Shown here one piece after another: positions 47,602 through 57,381 of a stretch of 64,000 nucleotides of DNA. The stretch is taken from sequence record NC_048053.1, one strand, 5' to 3'. A model generated the notes under the pieces. The model saw nothing but the letters and a program-made list of their open reading frames with translations, had not been told where the DNA came from and made no database searches. Both the position numbers and the translations under genes were made by a program. Each line of letters begins with the position of its first letter. Position 1 is the first letter of the stretch.

Positions 47602-48440
47602 AGATCTTTTATCGCCTCATAAATAAAACGAGGAATACCCGCGATTGTAATGCCTTGCTGTTTAGCAAGAATCGCAAGTGCTCGCGGAGTTTTCACGCGC
47701 GAATCATCGCTAGGATAATTGCGAGAGTTTCCGATATCATTACGCAGACCCGTTGCCAGTTCATTGTAACGATATTGATCGCCGTAGCTTCCACGAATTT
47801 TATCGTAGATATATGCAACTTCACTATCACCTTGCTTTAAAAGTTTAGGGATAGTTTTATTGATCGCTGCGTGCATCAATTGAAGCCACGGCATAACGTA
47901 GTCTCTACGGCTACGCGGAATATAACCACCACGAATGATTTTAGATTTAGCCAGAATGCGAGGATCATTAAGAGGTACGCGACGCTCTTTACGCATTGAG
48001 ATCATATCTTTTTGATTGTCGTAGGCAAACACGCTTACCTTTCGGCGTGAGCAAGCCAAAACGAGATCGCGAAGATATTTTCCATCATCGTTACGATCCA
48101 AGTTAATGTGAACAGCAATAATAAACGGCGTCGCCGGGATAGTCGGCTTATCAGTAATCAAACGTTCCTCAGCTTCGGAATATTTGTGATTCGCCCAATA
48201 GTCCATCGGTTCAAGTTTGTAACGAGACTCAAGAGCACGTCCGTCAAGTTCAAACATTACGCCGTGTGCTTTATCCGCAAACGCATTGCTTCGAGTACGC
48301 GTAAGAGACAGATAAAACAACTTACCTTTATTGATTGCTTCGTCAGATTCGGCAGCATCTGCCATACTCAGAAAGAATCGGTTATCAGAAACAATCTGCG
48401 CCGCTTTGTGAGTTTGAGTAAAGTGATATAAAGGTTTCAT
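47598..48440 (-). CDS. ADP-ribosyltransferase-fold protein (paralog 1)
   Basis: LYHFT...FYLSLTR...VMFELD...SEAEER. Confidence 0.55.
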   Translation of the reverse strand: MKPLYHFTQTHKAAQIVSDNRFFLSMADAAESDEAINKGKLFYLSLTRTRSNAFADKAHGVMFELDGRALESRYKLEPMDYWANHKYSEAEERLITDKPTIPATPFIIAVHINLDRNDDGKYLRDLVLACSRRKVSVFAYDNQKDMISMRKERRVPLNDPRILAKSKIIRGGYIPRSRRDYVMPWLQLMHAAINKTIPKLLKQGDSEVAYIYDKIRGSYGDQYRYNELATGLRNDIGNSRNYPSDDSRVKTPRALAILAKQQGITIAGIPRFIYEAIKDL

Positions 48441-50365
48441 CAGCTTACAATAGGTTCCTTGTTGACTTCAAACTCTTCTGACATATCGTACACGCGAGCG
48501 AATAGAGTTGGTTTCATATCCTTCACATGTTCTGCAATATCGAAAAGACTTTGTTTGCGAGCTTTATTGATTCGCACCTGACGAACTTCGTCCGGGCTGT
48601 TAGTGATATCGTAAAGCGTGTATACGATAATACTGTCAGAAGATTTATGCGGAGCTTCGCGGAGAATTACCCATTCACGTTTGAGTTTTTCATCGGCTTT
48701 GAACACCACAATATCGCCTGCTTCCGGATTCGCCAATTTCTCTGGCGTGCCTTTATTTTCTGTAGCTTGTTTTTTAGCAAGTTCAGCGGCCTCCTGTTCA
48801 GCGTTGAGAACATCCTCATCGACTTCATCGGAATCAGTTTCATCAATATCAGCAGCGTCGTCTTCGGAATCCGCTTCTTCCTCATCCTCTGAATCATCTT
48901 CTGAATCATCCTCTGAATCATCTTCTGAATCATCTTCTGAATCAGGATCTTCATCTTCTGCATCAGGATCTTCATCTTCTGCATCAGGATCTTCATCTTC
49001 TGCATCAGGATCTTCATCCTCAGAATCAGTTTCATCTTCTGAATCATCCTCTGAATCAGTTTCGTCTTCGGAATCAGTTTCGTCTTCCTCAGAATCTGAA
49101 TCATCCTCTGACTCTTCTGGAGCAGGTTTCGCGCCTTTAGCTTTTTTCTTAACTTTAGACGGTGGCGCTTCTTCCTCTTCGTCTTCCGGTTCTTCCTCAA
49201 CATCGGACAAATCGAAATCACTATCGACAGAATCAGAATCATCGCCTTCGCCGAACATGGAACCTATAACCGAATCAATTCCCATATTGTCGCTGGCGAA
49301 CGGACGCGCAGAAAGAATATCTTCAAGCGGAGCAAACATATCGTCTTCCTCTGCCAATTCTTCTTCCGCTACTTCCGCTTCAAGTTCTGCATCTAAATCC
49401 TCTTCTTCCTCTAATGCTTCTTCGGCAAGAATGGATTTGATTTGATTGCGCAGACGAACAGTAGGTACAGCGTTCTCTTCCGTGTCGAACGTGAGCGGTT
49501 TTGCAGTAGGAGCTTCCATTTCACCACGTTTGATTTTTTCTTTCATTTCATCAAAACGTTCTTGCTCTGCGCGAGCATTTTCTTTTTGCGCTCGTTTCGC
49601 GTCACGCGCAGAAACTTCCTTAGCAAGTTTTTCAGCACGCTGTTCAAGACGCGCAGCTTCACGCATTTCAACCTGCGAGCGATGTTTCAATTTTTTACTA
49701 TTGGCACGATATGCCTTAACGTCAGCATCGGACAGGGAACCGTTGGGCCAGTCCTGAATCGGCATAACGAGAGTTTCCGCAACAACTTTATCGTAGTTTT
49801 CCGGAGAGAGTTTTAAATACATCCCTTTCTCGTTAATAATAACGCCACCTTTCGCATCGCGAATATAACGCATACCGATCATTTCGTTCTTTTTCAGAAT
49901 CTCTTTGCCTTTAGTGTGAGTAACAGTCAAAGACAACTCTGGAACGATACGCCACTGATAGTTGCTAAAATCAATGCCGTTTTTATATTCATTAGGAACA
50001 GTGCGCGGAGCAAATCGAGCATTGTCGAAATTCTTACGCTGCAATTGACGTTCCGTAGTTTTAACGCCGCGAGCTTTCGAACGGCCTTCGCGCTGAACGA
50101 TATCAGGCAATTTGCGCAGTTTGGTTGCACGTTCAAGCAACTGATTACCGTTCTTTTTATCGAGCGGAAAATTGATATGAGGCATATCAGGAAAAATAAG
50201 AGTGAAACGAGATCCGCTTTTCAGAGACTTAACGCCAAAAATATCGCCTTCGCGAATCATGCGTTTATGGGTACGTTCCGAAACTTCTTTGCCTCGTTGC
50301 CCTGTATATTTGAACCAGTTGTATTCGCTAACCGCTTCGTCATATGTAGCCGACTGAGAGAGCAT
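48440..50365 (-). CDS. acidic putative internal head protein
   Basis: N-terminal LSQS-A; shared WFKYTG domain; D/E low-complexity tract. Confidence 0.7.
   Translation of the reverse strand: MLSQSATYDEAVSEYNWFKYTGQRGKEVSERTHKRMIREGDIFGVKSLKSGSRFTLIFPDMPHINFPLDKKNGNQLLERATKLRKLPDIVQREGRSKARGVKTTERQLQRKNFDNARFAPRTVPNEYKNGIDFSNYQWRIVPELSLTVTHTKGKEILKKNEMIGMRYIRDAKGGVIINEKGMYLKLSPENYDKVVAETLVMPIQDWPNGSLSDADVKAYRANSKKLKHRSQVEMREAARLEQRAEKLAKEVSARDAKRAQKENARAEQERFDEMKEKIKRGEMEAPTAKPLTFDTEENAVPTVRLRNQIKSILAEEALEEEEDLDAELEAEVAEEELAEEDDMFAPLEDILSARPFASDNMGIDSVIGSMFGEGDDSDSVDSDFDLSDVEEEPEDEEEEAPPSKVKKKAKGAKPAPEESEDDSDSEEDETDSEDETDSEDDSEDETDSEDEDPDAEDEDPDAEDEDPDAEDEDPDSEDDSEDDSEDDSEDDSEDEEEADSEDDAADIDETDSDEVDEDVLNAEQEAAELAKKQATENKGTPEKLANPEAGDIVVFKADEKLKREWVILREAPHKSSDSIIVYTLYDITNSPDEVRQVRINKARKQSLFDIAEHVKDMKPTLFARVYDMSEEFEVNKEPIVS
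48941..49020. repeat. 21-nt tandem repeat, about 4 copies (DEDPDAE), flanked by 12-nt SEDD and 18-nt SEDETD repeats
   Basis: atcaggatcttcatcttctgc repeated. Confidence 0.9.
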
Positions 50366-50394
50366 TTTTATTCTCCGTTTTTGGTGATATAAAT

Positions 50395-50401
50395 AAATTA
50401 G
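50395..50401 (-). promoter_or_regulatory. candidate late promoter core CTAATTT
   Basis: 30 nt upstream of ATG 50365. Confidence 0.45.
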
Positions 50402-50424
50402 GAACTTCCCTGTTCCTAGTTCTA

Positions 50425-53400
50425 TTAACCACCTGCGAGATAGCCGCGAGTGTCACAACCGAATTCACCACAATATTCCCCGCAAGGAATTTTGATAGCC
50501 CACGTCCATGTTCCATCAGGTTGTTGAATGCCAAATACTTCATCAGGAGTTTTGTGCCAAACATTTACAGCGTTTTGTAGCGCATCAAGTTCAGTCGCAA
50601 AATAACCTTTCTTGAGAGGATCTTGTTCGCCGTATTCTGTTTTCGGAACAAACATTGTTACTTTCATGCGCTCAACAGGATAAGCAGCATTTTCAATTAC
50701 GCGTGGTGCGTATTCTCCCGCAACAATAACTTGAACTGAAACAAGTTCGGCATCTGACGCTTTCGGTTTATAAACATCCGGCGCGACTTTAAACCAATGA
50801 TCCGTCTCATGACCATAAGCAGAACTGTCAATTTTCCTTTCAACAGCGGTGTCGAGTTTATAAATACTACCCGGCACTTTGTTCTCGATGTTCGTTCCAA
50901 TTTCATACGAGAGCGCACTCTTCGCTTGTCTTGGATCGGCGAGATACTTATATGTCAGTGGTGCGAAAACAAAATGAGAATCCGGAGACATTTCGTAAGA
51001 CGGATTCAACTCAAACCATTGAGGCAACGGCGGTTTATATTCTGCGGTAGGTTGCAGATAAACAATAGGACGAGGATTAACAGCGTCAATGCGATGAATC
51101 TCATCAACAGTGTTTCTCCAGTCCATACCGTGCGACGTTGATGGATCGGCAGGCAAGTACCAATCAGATTCTGCGGCATCAACTTTGTTATAGTTGTAGC
51201 CCATTGTTTCCGATGCTTCAAACGCGTTGTAGTTCGGAACTAATGTTGCCTGAATCCATTTAATCTGAGTTTCATTTTTCGCAGGCGTAGAAAGTTGAAT
51301 GGAATACGGTTCAGCCGGGAAAATCCCTTTGTTCGTTCCTTCAACGTAATAGACAGGAGCAGCAGGAATATGATGAACAGGTTCATACGGCTCAACTACA
51401 TCAGGCGTAGTGTCAATACGATCAGAAACTGCATTCCACTCTCGCGCAATATCAGCAACATCAAATGCGTCGCCAGAATTCACCTCATTCCATTTAGAAA
51501 CGCGGGGCGCGATTACATCATCTATGATTAAAACTTTCTCATCCAGTTGGAAGAACGAGTTACTAAATTCTCCTGAGACTGAATCCTTATACACCGAATC
51601 GCCAAAGGTGAATCCATCTTTCGTTCCGTAGCTAGAATCGGACGCGTACTCATATGCAGGCATATCCATTAACTGCGCTGCAAACGAATGCCACTCTTCA
51701 CGAACTAAATTCATTTGAGTTGAACTATACAGCAACGCAGAAGCATATTGCGCGTTAAACGTTGCCTCCTGTCCTGCATAGTCGATTACAAAATCAAACT
51801 CAAATATAGAAGGAATCCGATCATTTCCGGATACTGCTTGCGTAGAATAATTCTGCCCACGCGATTCAAAAGCATATTGCAATTCTGCCAAATCAACTGC
51901 ATCCGGAACAGAATCGAATTTAGCCGAATAAGTCACAGTACCTGAAAAATCATGAAGCCACGAAATTTCCGCGTTCCCTAGTTTCAAAATTTTTGGCTGC
52001 ATATGTGCCGGATACGATTCAAGTTTCAGAACCGAATCACACGAAACATCAGTCAATACGAAACTATTTTTATACATGGCGCGAGAATCAATCGGCGCTT
52101 CAACATCAGTGCCGTCAATCTCAAACAAAATGCCAGCAGGAACAACAATGTCCGTAATAAAGTTTGGTGGAATTTCATCGAACTTTAACTGATCACTTGC
52201 TGCAACAACCATCCCATTAGAATAAGTTGGAGCAGGCTGCGCATCCAGCCAAGTTTCGTGCGTCCATATATCCCACGTATATTTATAACGAGAGCTACCA
52301 AATTTGATTTGGTATTTCTTGTTCGGTTCCGGAGGCGTAAACAGAAGTTGCGTTGACTGCCCAATCTCCAGCGTTACTTCTTTACCGCCCTGAATAAATT
52401 CACCGTCAACAGAATCAATTGTGAGCGCAAGCGCCGTGATTCCATCGTTAGTTAATACAACAGTGCGATATTCTTTTCCGGCCTGAGCGTATGCACGATT
52501 AGGAACTGGATCGAATTGAATTTCCGAAACAGTATAAATTCCCCAATCAGTTTCATACTCTCCCGCAATCACTTTAATCAGAGTGATATTGTATCCATGC
52601 TTAACGCGTAGATAAAACTTATCGCCGTTATACATGAACACAGGAGCCGGAGTTTTCACGCCGTTAACGAACACCTCAACACGATCATTCTGTTCCTCAC
52701 CGTCGATCAGCACAGAGAATTCAACGCGCTGGTTTACACCAGTAATTTGTTTCTCTACTGTTTGCTGCCAACTGTAATCCGGAACATCGTAGATTGTTTC
52801 AAAGGTAAACGGATCAGGAAGCGGATCAGGAATCACTTCAACTAAACCATTCGAGCGCCCCACACTGAAAGGGAAAGGCTGCGCCGTCAAATAAGCGTGC
52901 TCTGCAACTACGGTAACTTGCTCGCCATTACGAACTGTTTTTACCTGAGTATTGTTTACTGTAGCAGTCCACACAATACCTGTAGGCAAAACAATCGGAA
53001 GCGAATCATCAGGATCATCGAACGTTGCAGTAAAACTAAACGTAACTTTTTTGCCGAGTGGAACATTATATGTCGGCAGTGTTGCGCCGAAGGTAGGCAA
53101 ATAAGTGTGCGTAAGAGTTAATGTCGGACGAGCAACAAAACCATAAAGCGGAGTTGTTTCTCCGTTACTCATCAAGTTTAAATAAGACCAGTTGCGCGAA
53201 CTTACATCCGTGATCGGCAAGGTTCTTTCAACAAAACTTTTACGCCCGGTTGTGTCACTACCTGCCTCAAGAAGAACAGAAGAAGCGGGATTCGTGAAAG
53301 TTGTTGGATAGCGAAGATGATTCCCGTCTTGCGTACCTGCGTTAAATTTAACGCCAGTTTTTATCACGTAACGAGAAAGAGAGTTATCCGCAAAATTTAT

Positions 53401-54387
53401 TGCGTAAACATCATCGGTTCCCGGAGCGAACGCATAAAAGAAACTTGCAGCATCAGGAGTTTGCCAAACGTCAGTGCCTACGAGTTTACCGCTACGCGTA
53501 ATATACGCATCAAGGCTCTCATGGCAGTTAACGTAATATTCGTCACTCTTAACACTGATTTCCGTAAACGAAGAATCAAGTTTGTGAATTCTACCTTCGC
53601 TATCGAATACCGCGAACAGCGGATCAAAAGCACCAGTAGCTTTCAACAGAACAACACGAACAACTCTATAACCGAGATTAATATTCGGTTGTGCTTCCAT
53701 TCGAACGTTATAGCGAGAAACCACTCCGCTCGAAGAAAAAATTGCAATCGTGCGTCTATGCGTAGCAGGAGAATAAAACGCAAGTGCTTCTGCGAATTCT
53801 TGCGAAATGGTTTTGTATCGAATCAAACCATCAGCAGTAGACGGACTATTAAAAAGGTGGATCTTCTGCGTAGCTTTATCAGCTACAAACCAGACAGGCA
53901 GCCTGTAATCAAATGCTGATTCATTCAGCGTTACGCTTGAAAGTTTTTTCGGAACGAGCGCATCAAATGCAGCCATCGAATTCTGAGCAGCACCAAACGC
54001 AATGACGGCTTCACCAAATTCCGGATCAACAGAATCTGATTTATAAAGCGCATCAAAACCGCTCATCAGTGCTTTCGGCGTAACTGTTTTGCTGAGAGTC
54101 TGCAATAAGTTACGAGACGCCTCTTGCAGTAAAGTCCACTGCCCGGCGTAGTCGTAATAAACAGTTACGTGTTTGGCTTCATATTGTTTCGTCGGCGGCG
54201 TTGCAGTGACAGTAAAGTTATACATGCCAAACTGATCAGCCGTTACTTCTATTTGATCCGAAGAGTTTTCAAACGTACCACCGACAACTAAAAATTTCAG
54301 TTTGCCGGAAGGATAGCGTTTAATATGAATCGCGTTTGACCAAGATTCAGCTTTGTTTGAAACAATCGTCTGAATATTATTGGCCAT
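50425..54387 (-). CDS. large tail fibre / receptor-binding protein
   Basis: 1320 aa, beta-rich, PDPLPDPFTF fibre motif; within the fibre cluster. Confidence 0.7.
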   Translation of the reverse strand: MANNIQTIVSNKAESWSNAIHIKRYPSGKLKFLVVGGTFENSSDQIEVTADQFGMYNFTVTATPPTKQYEAKHVTVYYDYAGQWTLLQEASRNLLQTLSKTVTPKALMSGFDALYKSDSVDPEFGEAVIAFGAAQNSMAAFDALVPKKLSSVTLNESAFDYRLPVWFVADKATQKIHLFNSPSTADGLIRYKTISQEFAEALAFYSPATHRRTIAIFSSSGVVSRYNVRMEAQPNINLGYRVVRVVLLKATGAFDPLFAVFDSEGRIHKLDSSFTEISVKSDEYYVNCHESLDAYITRSGKLVGTDVWQTPDAASFFYAFAPGTDDVYAINFADNSLSRYVIKTGVKFNAGTQDGNHLRYPTTFTNPASSVLLEAGSDTTGRKSFVERTLPITDVSSRNWSYLNLMSNGETTPLYGFVARPTLTLTHTYLPTFGATLPTYNVPLGKKVTFSFTATFDDPDDSLPIVLPTGIVWTATVNNTQVKTVRNGEQVTVVAEHAYLTAQPFPFSVGRSNGLVEVIPDPLPDPFTFETIYDVPDYSWQQTVEKQITGVNQRVEFSVLIDGEEQNDRVEVFVNGVKTPAPVFMYNGDKFYLRVKHGYNITLIKVIAGEYETDWGIYTVSEIQFDPVPNRAYAQAGKEYRTVVLTNDGITALALTIDSVDGEFIQGGKEVTLEIGQSTQLLFTPPEPNKKYQIKFGSSRYKYTWDIWTHETWLDAQPAPTYSNGMVVAASDQLKFDEIPPNFITDIVVPAGILFEIDGTDVEAPIDSRAMYKNSFVLTDVSCDSVLKLESYPAHMQPKILKLGNAEISWLHDFSGTVTYSAKFDSVPDAVDLAELQYAFESRGQNYSTQAVSGNDRIPSIFEFDFVIDYAGQEATFNAQYASALLYSSTQMNLVREEWHSFAAQLMDMPAYEYASDSSYGTKDGFTFGDSVYKDSVSGEFSNSFFQLDEKVLIIDDVIAPRVSKWNEVNSGDAFDVADIAREWNAVSDRIDTTPDVVEPYEPVHHIPAAPVYYVEGTNKGIFPAEPYSIQLSTPAKNETQIKWIQATLVPNYNAFEASETMGYNYNKVDAAESDWYLPADPSTSHGMDWRNTVDEIHRIDAVNPRPIVYLQPTAEYKPPLPQWFELNPSYEMSPDSHFVFAPLTYKYLADPRQAKSALSYEIGTNIENKVPGSIYKLDTAVERKIDSSAYGHETDHWFKVAPDVYKPKASDAELVSVQVIVAGEYAPRVIENAAYPVERMKVTMFVPKTEYGEQDPLKKGYFATELDALQNAVNVWHKTPDEVFGIQQPDGTWTWAIKIPCGEYCGEFGCDTRGYLAGG

Positions 54388-54406
54388 TTTCTTTCCTCAA
54401 GCGTCA

Positions 54407-54436
54407 GAAACAAAAAGTGGGGCAATTAAGCCCCAC
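54407..54436 (-). terminator. intrinsic terminator
   Basis: GTGGGGC-TTAATT-GCCCCAC-TTTTTGTTT. Confidence 0.85.
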
Positions 54437-54450
54437 GAGTTTTCGCGAAA

Positions 54451-55605
54451 TTAAACGCCGCCACCAGAGGCTAACAGGAAGATACGCATCCCGGTGTTTT
54501 TCGGGCTGTTTGCAGACAGCGCCTGATAGGTACGTTTTTTCGGCGTAGGATTCTGAGGATCAGTGTTATCCATTTCGTTATAAACCTGAACGGCAATTTG
54601 CACGCCGTTGGAAATAACGTCAGCAGAAGCGTAACCTACCATATCAATTTCATACGGATAGGAATAACGATGAGAGTTGAAACCTTGCGGTAAACGGAAG
54701 TCAAACTTATTGTCTTCCGAGAATGCAACTTGCTGCAACGGGTTGATAACCGCAAAGGCGTCGGCAGAATGCTGAACAGCAGAAACAGCAGCAGTCGGCG
54801 CGTTCACGTCAGTTTCGCGAACAGTGAAACGCTGAATACCGCCCGCGATCAGATCGTTGGAATTTTCACTACCGCCACCGTTCACAGAGTACATGCAGAA
54901 CAGCGGAGCTTTACCGTCAGTTACAACGGAACCATCGCGATTGATTGCACGCTGAATTACCAGCCACGCTTGACGGCAACCGAAATCATCAGCACCTTCA
55001 ACAGAAATGTGCAGCGCCAGACCGTGATCGGAAATCGACAGATGATACGTCATCGGAGTAGATGCCGGATCAGTGAAGATCATTGAATCGGCGTCGGTGT
55101 CCTGAAAACACATTGTACCAGCGTAAGCCGGAGTAGCAGTCAGAGTGCCTTGATCGTTGACGATACCACGATGCCAGAAATACGTTGCGTGCGCAGAATT
55201 TTTATCTGCATCCTGAGTAATCTGAGCAGGCAGCGCACTGGTGCGACGCTTACCAATCGAGCCAGAATAGATCGGATACGCGGCCTGACCAATAACAGTC
55301 TGACCAATTTTCGCAACGGTTCCAGTATCAGAAATCTGATCCGGAGTTGCAACGTTCAGACGAGTTGACAGCGGAGCCAACTGTCCGGCGATACGCCAGC
55401 GCTGAGATCCAGAAACACCCGCGAGCACATCAACATCTTCGGTTGCTTCGATAACGAAACTGTTCAGCGCAACAGTCGGCATAGAAGAACCAGCGGTTCC
55501 GTTTGCACTTACCAGAGTGAAGCCATTCGCTACCAGATCGGCAACAATGTCTTTCCACATTTTCTGGTTGTCAACGTAGCCAGATTTTTTAATAAACTTA
55601 CCCAT
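54451..55605 (-). CDS. abundant virion fibre ('hair') protein, paralog 1
   Basis: capsid-gene-like codon bias; WLVIQR..PLF..IQRF.V.E.D..INPLQQV..HRY.Y..DM.GY.SADVIS. Confidence 0.7.
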   Translation of the reverse strand: MGKFIKKSGYVDNQKMWKDIVADLVANGFTLVSANGTAGSSMPTVALNSFVIEATEDVDVLAGVSGSQRWRIAGQLAPLSTRLNVATPDQISDTGTVAKIGQTVIGQAAYPIYSGSIGKRRTSALPAQITQDADKNSAHATYFWHRGIVNDQGTLTATPAYAGTMCFQDTDADSMIFTDPASTPMTYHLSISDHGLALHISVEGADDFGCRQAWLVIQRAINRDGSVVTDGKAPLFCMYSVNGGGSENSNDLIAGGIQRFTVRETDVNAPTAAVSAVQHSADAFAVINPLQQVAFSEDNKFDFRLPQGFNSHRYSYPYEIDMVGYASADVISNGVQIAVQVYNEMDNTDPQNPTPKKRTYQALSANSPKNTGMRIFLLASGGGV

Positions 55606-55623
55606 TGTTAAGGTTCCTCTTTA

Positions 55624-56598
55624 TTATTCGCCAGTATCAACTTTTGCAATCGGGAAAAGAACACGCATACCACGGTTATCTTTTCCGTTCGCATTCAGTG
55701 CGCGATAAGTGTTAGTCACTTTCGCAGGAGACAGATCGATCTGCGATGCAGCAGAAATAACATCAGCAGAAGTGTATCCCAACATATCCAGAACGATATG
55801 ATAGAGATAACGATGAGAGTTAATCATATGAGGGAACAGAACAATAGCTTTGTTCCCTTCCGCGATCATTACTTGTTGCAGCGGGTTAATAACCGGAATG
55901 CCATCAGGAGAAGGCACAACCGCGCTGATCGGAGAAGTTGCCGAGAAAATATCACGCTCGATAACTACGAAACGTTGGATAGATTTCGGATCGAGCGTAT
56001 CCGGATCGCCTGCCTGACCGCCACCGCACGCAAAAATTGCGAACAGCGGAGATTGCGGATCAACTGCGCCAGTTTCTGCAACAACGCCACGCTGAACAAC
56101 TAACCAGCTAAACGCAGTACCAGTGTTATCCAGACCTTCGGCGTTTACATGCAGAGAGAAACCGTGATCAGAAACAGACAGATCGAAAGAGAACGGATAA
56201 GCTGCGAAATCAGCAGCAGCATCAACTTTCCAGTCATTAACCAGATCGATGAAATATTTGCTTTCTGATCCGTCAACAGAAACGCGACCCACTTCCGCAG
56301 TGGCATTACGTTTAACCGCTTCGAAAGTTGTACTGAGCTGATTGGTAGGCAGTACGTGCAGAGAAAGATTTTTCTGAACATCATCTGCCGAAATAATTAC
56401 AGACCATTTTTGATTTTCGTAGAGAGAATCAACCGCCATTGCAGCAGAAAGCACAATGCTCTTTGCCGCCGGAGTGATTGCATTACCTGCCGCACCATCG
56501 ACAGCAACAACCTGAAAACCGGAAGTTGAAAATGATTGCGCCAGATTGCGTGCGAGTGCTTCAAGCCCCACAACATTTTGGCCTTTAATGTAATTCAT
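55624..56598 (-). CDS. virion fibre ('hair') protein, paralog 2
   Basis: shares the motifs above along its length. Confidence 0.7.
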   Translation of the reverse strand: MNYIKGQNVVGLEALARNLAQSFSTSGFQVVAVDGAAGNAITPAAKSIVLSAAMAVDSLYENQKWSVIISADDVQKNLSLHVLPTNQLSTTFEAVKRNATAEVGRVSVDGSESKYFIDLVNDWKVDAAADFAAYPFSFDLSVSDHGFSLHVNAEGLDNTGTAFSWLVVQRGVVAETGAVDPQSPLFAIFACGGGQAGDPDTLDPKSIQRFVVIERDIFSATSPISAVVPSPDGIPVINPLQQVMIAEGNKAIVLFPHMINSHRYLYHIVLDMLGYTSADVISAASQIDLSPAKVTNTYRALNANGKDNRGMRVLFPIAKVDTGE

Positions 56599-56601
56599 GA
56601 A

Positions 56602-57369
56602 TTACTCCATTACTAAGTAAGTTACCGAAAGTTTCGGCTGCGCTGGAGACGATCCGAGATTTCGCATCACACCATAATGAGTTTTCCCTGACGGCACAGA
56701 CACAAAAGCATAACGACGATGTTTTATAATCGTGTTATCTTCAATAGTCACACCATCGTCAGAAAGGAAATCTACAGTCGAACGGAAAAGGTACGGGTTA
56801 CGATCATTACGTTCGTCCGTTGTATGGAATTGGATTTCGATATCAAACGCATTTAACTCGACAACCAATAACATGCAAGTCTGCGACATATCCAAAGTGA
56901 AATTAAGATTTTCACCCGGATTAATGAAATCCTGAGCACTGTACTCCACATTTAATCGTGCGCCTGCGCCAGCACTTCCACCGAAATTACTCCACGAAAG
57001 AGCGCCATTAGCGCCCGACGTAAGAACTAATCCCGGTTGATCTGCTTTCGGAATAAGTTGTGAATCTTCGAGACTCACTTCTTGTTCGTTATTCGCATTC
57101 TGAACTACTTTGAGAGGACTTTTGAAAACTAAATTGTTTCCTAACTTCGCATCTTCCCAAGTAGTAAGATCGTCGGCAAGCTGATACATCTGTTTATCGT
57201 CGGATACCCAAACCATCATGCCTGCCGAGCGAGCGCCTGATTTGATTGCGTCACGATCAGCACTAGACTTAACGCAACGCAATCCCCCTTTCAAATGAAT
57301 ATCTTGAACGAGGAAAGGTAGAGCAGTGTTGGACGGTAATAAAAACGAAGTTAACATTACCGGCATCAC
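56602..57369 (-). CDS. virion structural protein
   Basis: VQDIHLKGGLRCVKSSADRDAI...GMMVWV fibre-associated motif. Confidence 0.7.
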   Translation of the reverse strand: MMPVMLTSFLLPSNTALPFLVQDIHLKGGLRCVKSSADRDAIKSGARSAGMMVWVSDDKQMYQLADDLTTWEDAKLGNNLVFKSPLKVVQNANNEQEVSLEDSQLIPKADQPGLVLTSGANGALSWSNFGGSAGAGARLNVEYSAQDFINPGENLNFTLDMSQTCMLLVVELNAFDIEIQFHTTDERNDRNPYLFRSTVDFLSDDGVTIEDNTIIKHRRYAFVSVPSGKTHYGVMRNLGSSPAQPKLSVTYLVME

Positions 57370-57381
57370 TTTCTCCTTCTA

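Noticed and set aside
48618-49445. 275-aa poly-Ser plus-strand ORF
   Set aside because: Reverse complement of D/E repeat codons
50425-54387. Diversity-generating retroelement target
   Set aside because: No reverse transcriptase and no template/variable repeat pair seen in this window
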